Assembly: GCA_963663805.2 (NCBI GenBank)
Contig: CAXXMR010000013.1
Span: 352,001 to 416,000 of the forward strand
Source of the DNA: Sedimentisphaerales bacterium
GTDB taxonomy: Bacteria; Planctomycetota; Phycisphaerae; Sedimentisphaerales; SM23-30
DNA length: 64,000 bases
Reading direction: 5' to 3'
Under the pieces are notes generated by a model. It did no database searches and was not told where the DNA came from. It saw only the letters and a program-made list of their open reading frames with translations. This document shows positions 60,852 through 64,000 of this stretch, piece after piece (within the stretch, counting starts at the first letter, position 1; the number at the start of each line of letters is the position of its first letter). Both the position numbers and the translations under genes were made by a program.

Positions 60852-63299
60852 ATGGATGATTCGCCGAAATCACAATTAACCTTCCGTCAGGCAATGTCCG
60901 AGTCAGTGGCAGATACCACTGGCAATTGTCTCCCTGGTCGCGTTTGTCGGTTTGATCTGGCAGTTGCGACCGGGAGACGATGCGCCTACTTTTGATGAAC
61001 TTATTGAGGTGTGTTCAGGCCTTCGCTGACCAGGAGCGCTACCCCGGAGTTTTATGCCGGCAGCGGAAGAGCTTCGTCGGCAGGCGCCAGAGTGAAGAAC
61101 AGTTAGCCCGGGTTCATTTTATGGTTGCCCAGGTTCGGGTGTTCAGGAGCTTGCGCAGCCTTAGCCAGTGGGGGATGGATGCTTATCGTCTCAGTGCCCC
61201 AGCTAATTATGAGCGAATTATATATGATTACTCGATTGCTTTGCAGCGGAATATGCCTGACCCCATACTGCGGCGAGTGTGCGATTTTTCGTGATTTGGC
61301 GTTGGCGTGCTGGAATCTTAATCAGCCGGAAAAAGCGGTTACCTCTCTTAAAAAGCCATTGCCCGCACAGAGAATTTTTGACGCGGGTTTGAATCGCCTG
61401 CTGGTTCAGATGCTTCTGGCGTCCCGGCCGGAAAACTATCTGGAAAACAGCATGTCCGTGGTTGAGAAGCTGCTTGGTCAGCCGGATGTATCTGATAGGA
61501 CCGTTCGTGGGCGTTTGTGCGTAAGGTTTGATTTGTTGATAGAGATGGGGCACGAACAGCAGGCATTGGATTTGCTGGCTTCGGCGGATGAGAAAAATTC
61601 GTTTATCACGGTTGGGTGATGAGCTGGAATTTTTGCGGGGTCGGGCGTTGCGTCGGGTTGGTTCAGCCGATGAGGCTGACCAGGTTTTGCGTAATCTTAT
61701 GGACCATCTCAAGATCGTGGTGATGTTACGCTCAGGCGGCCCTTGAGCTGGGGCGTATCAATTACGAACAGTTTCGTGACCATGATGCCCGTACTATTAT
61801 CAGCTGGTTATCGATACCCAGATGGGTAAAGAGTGGTATGCCGCTGCTGCTTTGGGTATGGCCGAGTGCCTGACGCTTCAACAGCGTTACGGTGAGGCGG
61901 GTAATTTTTTTATCAGGATGCTGTTGACCAGGTAAAAAAGACCTCCGGTAATCGGGCTGTCTCGCGTGATGAACTTCAGCAGAGTCTGGCTCAGCAGGCT
62001 TATCGGTTGGGTATGCTCAAGCGTTATGATGCGGCCCTGTCCTTTCTTGAAATCGAACAGCAGGTTGCCTCCGAAAATGATGTTGACGCAGCCGACCGTT
62101 TTTGCCCGCATGCACGAGTTTATGGCTGAGCAGTTTGCAGGAAGACCTGGTTGAATCAAAGCGTCTGACCGCTGACCGCGAGCCGACCGAAACAGAAAAG
62201 CAGTTGATTGTCCAGCAGAACGAACTTATTACCAGTCATTACGAGCAGGCCGGTGCCCAGTTTTGAGCGTGTTTCGCGTCTGGTGGTGGGGGATGACAAC
62301 CTTTACGCGGACAGTCTCTGGCGTTCGGCGAGCAATTATGACAAGGCGGGCAATGCCGAAAAGTCGATAGAGGCCTGGAAGCGTTTTGTCGAGGAAAGGC
62401 AGGGACAGTCACGTTGGCCTCGTGCTATTTTTTATTTGGCCCAGGCTTATCAGGCCGTGGGACGTTACCCCGAAGCCATCGAGCAATACTGGAACCTGCG
62501 TCAGAGCAACCCTCGTTCGCAGGCGGCTTTGGATAGTGCCGTGCCTTTGTCTCGCTGCTATCTGGCCCTTGACCCTCCGGAAATTGAAGAGGCTGAGCTG
62601 CTTCTCATTTCCATGCTCGAAGATCGCACGTTGACACCCGCTTCGGGATATTTTCGTCAGTCGATGTTTGAGTTGGGTGAGCTGTATTACAATAAGCAGG
62701 ATTACGAAAAGGCCATGGGTATTCTCACTGAGGCGATAGACCGCTATGCTGATGACCCGCGTCTGGCCAAGTATATTTTTCTAGCCGCGGATTCGCATCG
62801 TCAAAGTGGTTTGGCTCTGGATGAGGTTCTGGCCCAGCTTGAAAGCGATCCTACGGCCCTGCTGACCCAGGAAAAGAATCGCGAACTTCGCCGTCGCTAT
62901 CTGAATCTTGCCCGCAATTATTTTTCTCAGTCGATAGACCATTATGAAAAAATACCCGAAGGCCGCCGCACTGTTCTCGACGACCTTTATTTGTGTCACA
63001 GTTGGATGTACAAAGCCGATTGTCTTTTTGACCTAGACCGTTACGAAGAAGCGGTTATGGCTTATGAAGAAGTTGCTCTCCGCTATCAGCTGACTCCGAC
63101 TGCTCTGAATTCATTCGTGCAGATTGTCAACTGTCATATCAAACTTGGCAACCTGGGCGAGGCACGCTCGGCGAATCAGCGGGCTTTGTGGCAGCTTCGT
63201 AAAATTCCCGATGAACAGCTTGTCGCGGGCCCCACCAGCATGTCGCGGGCGCAATGGCAGAGCTGGTTTGAATGGATGGCGAAGTCAGGACTTTGGTAA
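60852..63299 (+). CDS. Large tetratricopeptide-repeat protein, multiply frameshifted in its 5' half
   Basis: TPR-like helices (A.FYLAQAYQ..GRY.EAI..Y; FELGELYY...DYEKA) in 62208-63299 and upstream fragments; N-terminal TM. Confidence 0.7.
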
Positions 63300-63319
63300 C
63301 CCTAATGGAAGGATATCCT

Positions 63320-63778
63320 ATGACACCCGACCAGGCAATGGACACCGGCAGTAAAATGATTCATCTGCTTACCCAGCAGAGACTGCTGTATATTCAGCTG
63401 CGTGACCTGGCTTCCCGTCAGTCTACGTTGGTAGACGGCAAGGATCCGGAGACTCTGTTGCGAATTCTGGCAGGGCGGCAGAGGCTGATTGATCGTTTGG
63501 CCGGACTGGACCGTGAATTGCGTCCGGTTCGCGCTGACTGGCAAAAGATAGCTGAAATGCTGCCGCCTGAACAGCGTCAGCAGGCTCAGGAGCTGGTCCA
63601 GAATGTGCAGGATATTCTTGGCGAAATTATCGCTCGCGATGAGCGCGACAGCGAAACGCTTTCTCAACAGCGTCAGGAAGTTGCCCGGGAGATTTGCAAT
63701 GTAAACTCCGGTAAGCGTGTTAATCGTGCTTATGGCGGGCCTCAGTATACTCCCGGCCGGTCGTTGGGACATGCTTGA
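63320..63778 (+). CDS. FlgN-family flagellar export chaperone-like protein
   Basis: Helical pattern LLTQQ..LY..L..L...Q..LV.....E.L...L..RQ.LI..L..LD; ends ..AY. Assignment is by pattern and context. Confidence 0.6.
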   Translation: MTPDQAMDTGSKMIHLLTQQRLLYIQLRDLASRQSTLVDGKDPETLLRILAGRQRLIDRLAGLDRELRPVRADWQKIAEMLPPEQRQQAQELVQNVQDILGEIIARDERDSETLSQQRQEVAREICNVNSGKRVNRAYGGPQYTPGRSLGHA

Positions 63779-63803
63779 TAACTGGTAAACCGTAAGGTTA
63801 GTG

Positions 63804-64000
63804 ATGGCAGAATCAATAAAAGACATTAGAAAGAGCGTACCGGAATCGGCTGAAGCTGTTGAGCAGTTGGCCTCGGCGTTTGACGCTTATAACAAAGCGT
63901 CGGACCGGATTTATAATTCTTATGTTCAGCTTCAGGGTGAAGTTGTTCGTCTGCGTGAAGAGCTTCAGCAGAAAAATGAACAGTTAGAACGTAAAAGTCG
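63804..64000 (+). CDS. N-terminus of a probable FleS/FlrB-like sensor kinase (runs off the window)
   Basis: Translated by hand: ..LASAFDAYNKASDRIYNSYVQLQGEVVRLREELQQKNEQLERKS. Confidence 0.55.
   Translation, partial: MAESIKDIRKSVPESAEAVEQLASAFDAYNKASDRIYNSYVQLQGEVVRLREELQQKNEQLERKS

Overview
A 64-kb bacterial chromosomal window, most likely from a Planctomycetota (Phycisphaerae/Sedimentisphaerales-like) genome. This is inferred from PEP-CTERM proteins, three secreted proteins ending in a 'DxNxDxxVNLxDFAxxAxxWL' dockerin-like tail, and the planctomycete-type excisionase-HTH response regulator. Housekeeping genes: dgt, an rpmH missed by the ORF track, fumarate hydratase alpha subunit, fba, addB-addA, tpx, acr3/arsC, an NtrC-type two-component pair and the start of a flagellar-type cluster (MerR-TPR-FlgN-kinase). 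Accessory genes encode surface or secreted proteins (two FGE/C-lectin domains plus PASTA, beta-helix-Ig-LamG, GEVED, beta-propeller, ankyrin) and a LacI-SSS-VCBS-UROD sugar cluster. Many genes near both ends are broken by single-base indels, which look like long-read errors. The most notable non-coding features are: (i) an 11-unit 21-bp array with a palindromic core and variable spacers (10144-10374); (ii) two IS4 copies inserted independently 11 bp apart in phased A-tracts, each with its own 9-bp TSD; (iii) a modular family of intergenic REP-like repeats; (iv) a 15-bp inverted repeat bracketing one lipoprotein gene like a cassette; (v) a LacI-type operator shared by three distant loci; (vi) a mini-HEPN ORF inside a two-component operon; (vii) a possible 6S-like RNA. 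No rRNA, tRNA, CRISPR array or reverse transcriptase was recognised.
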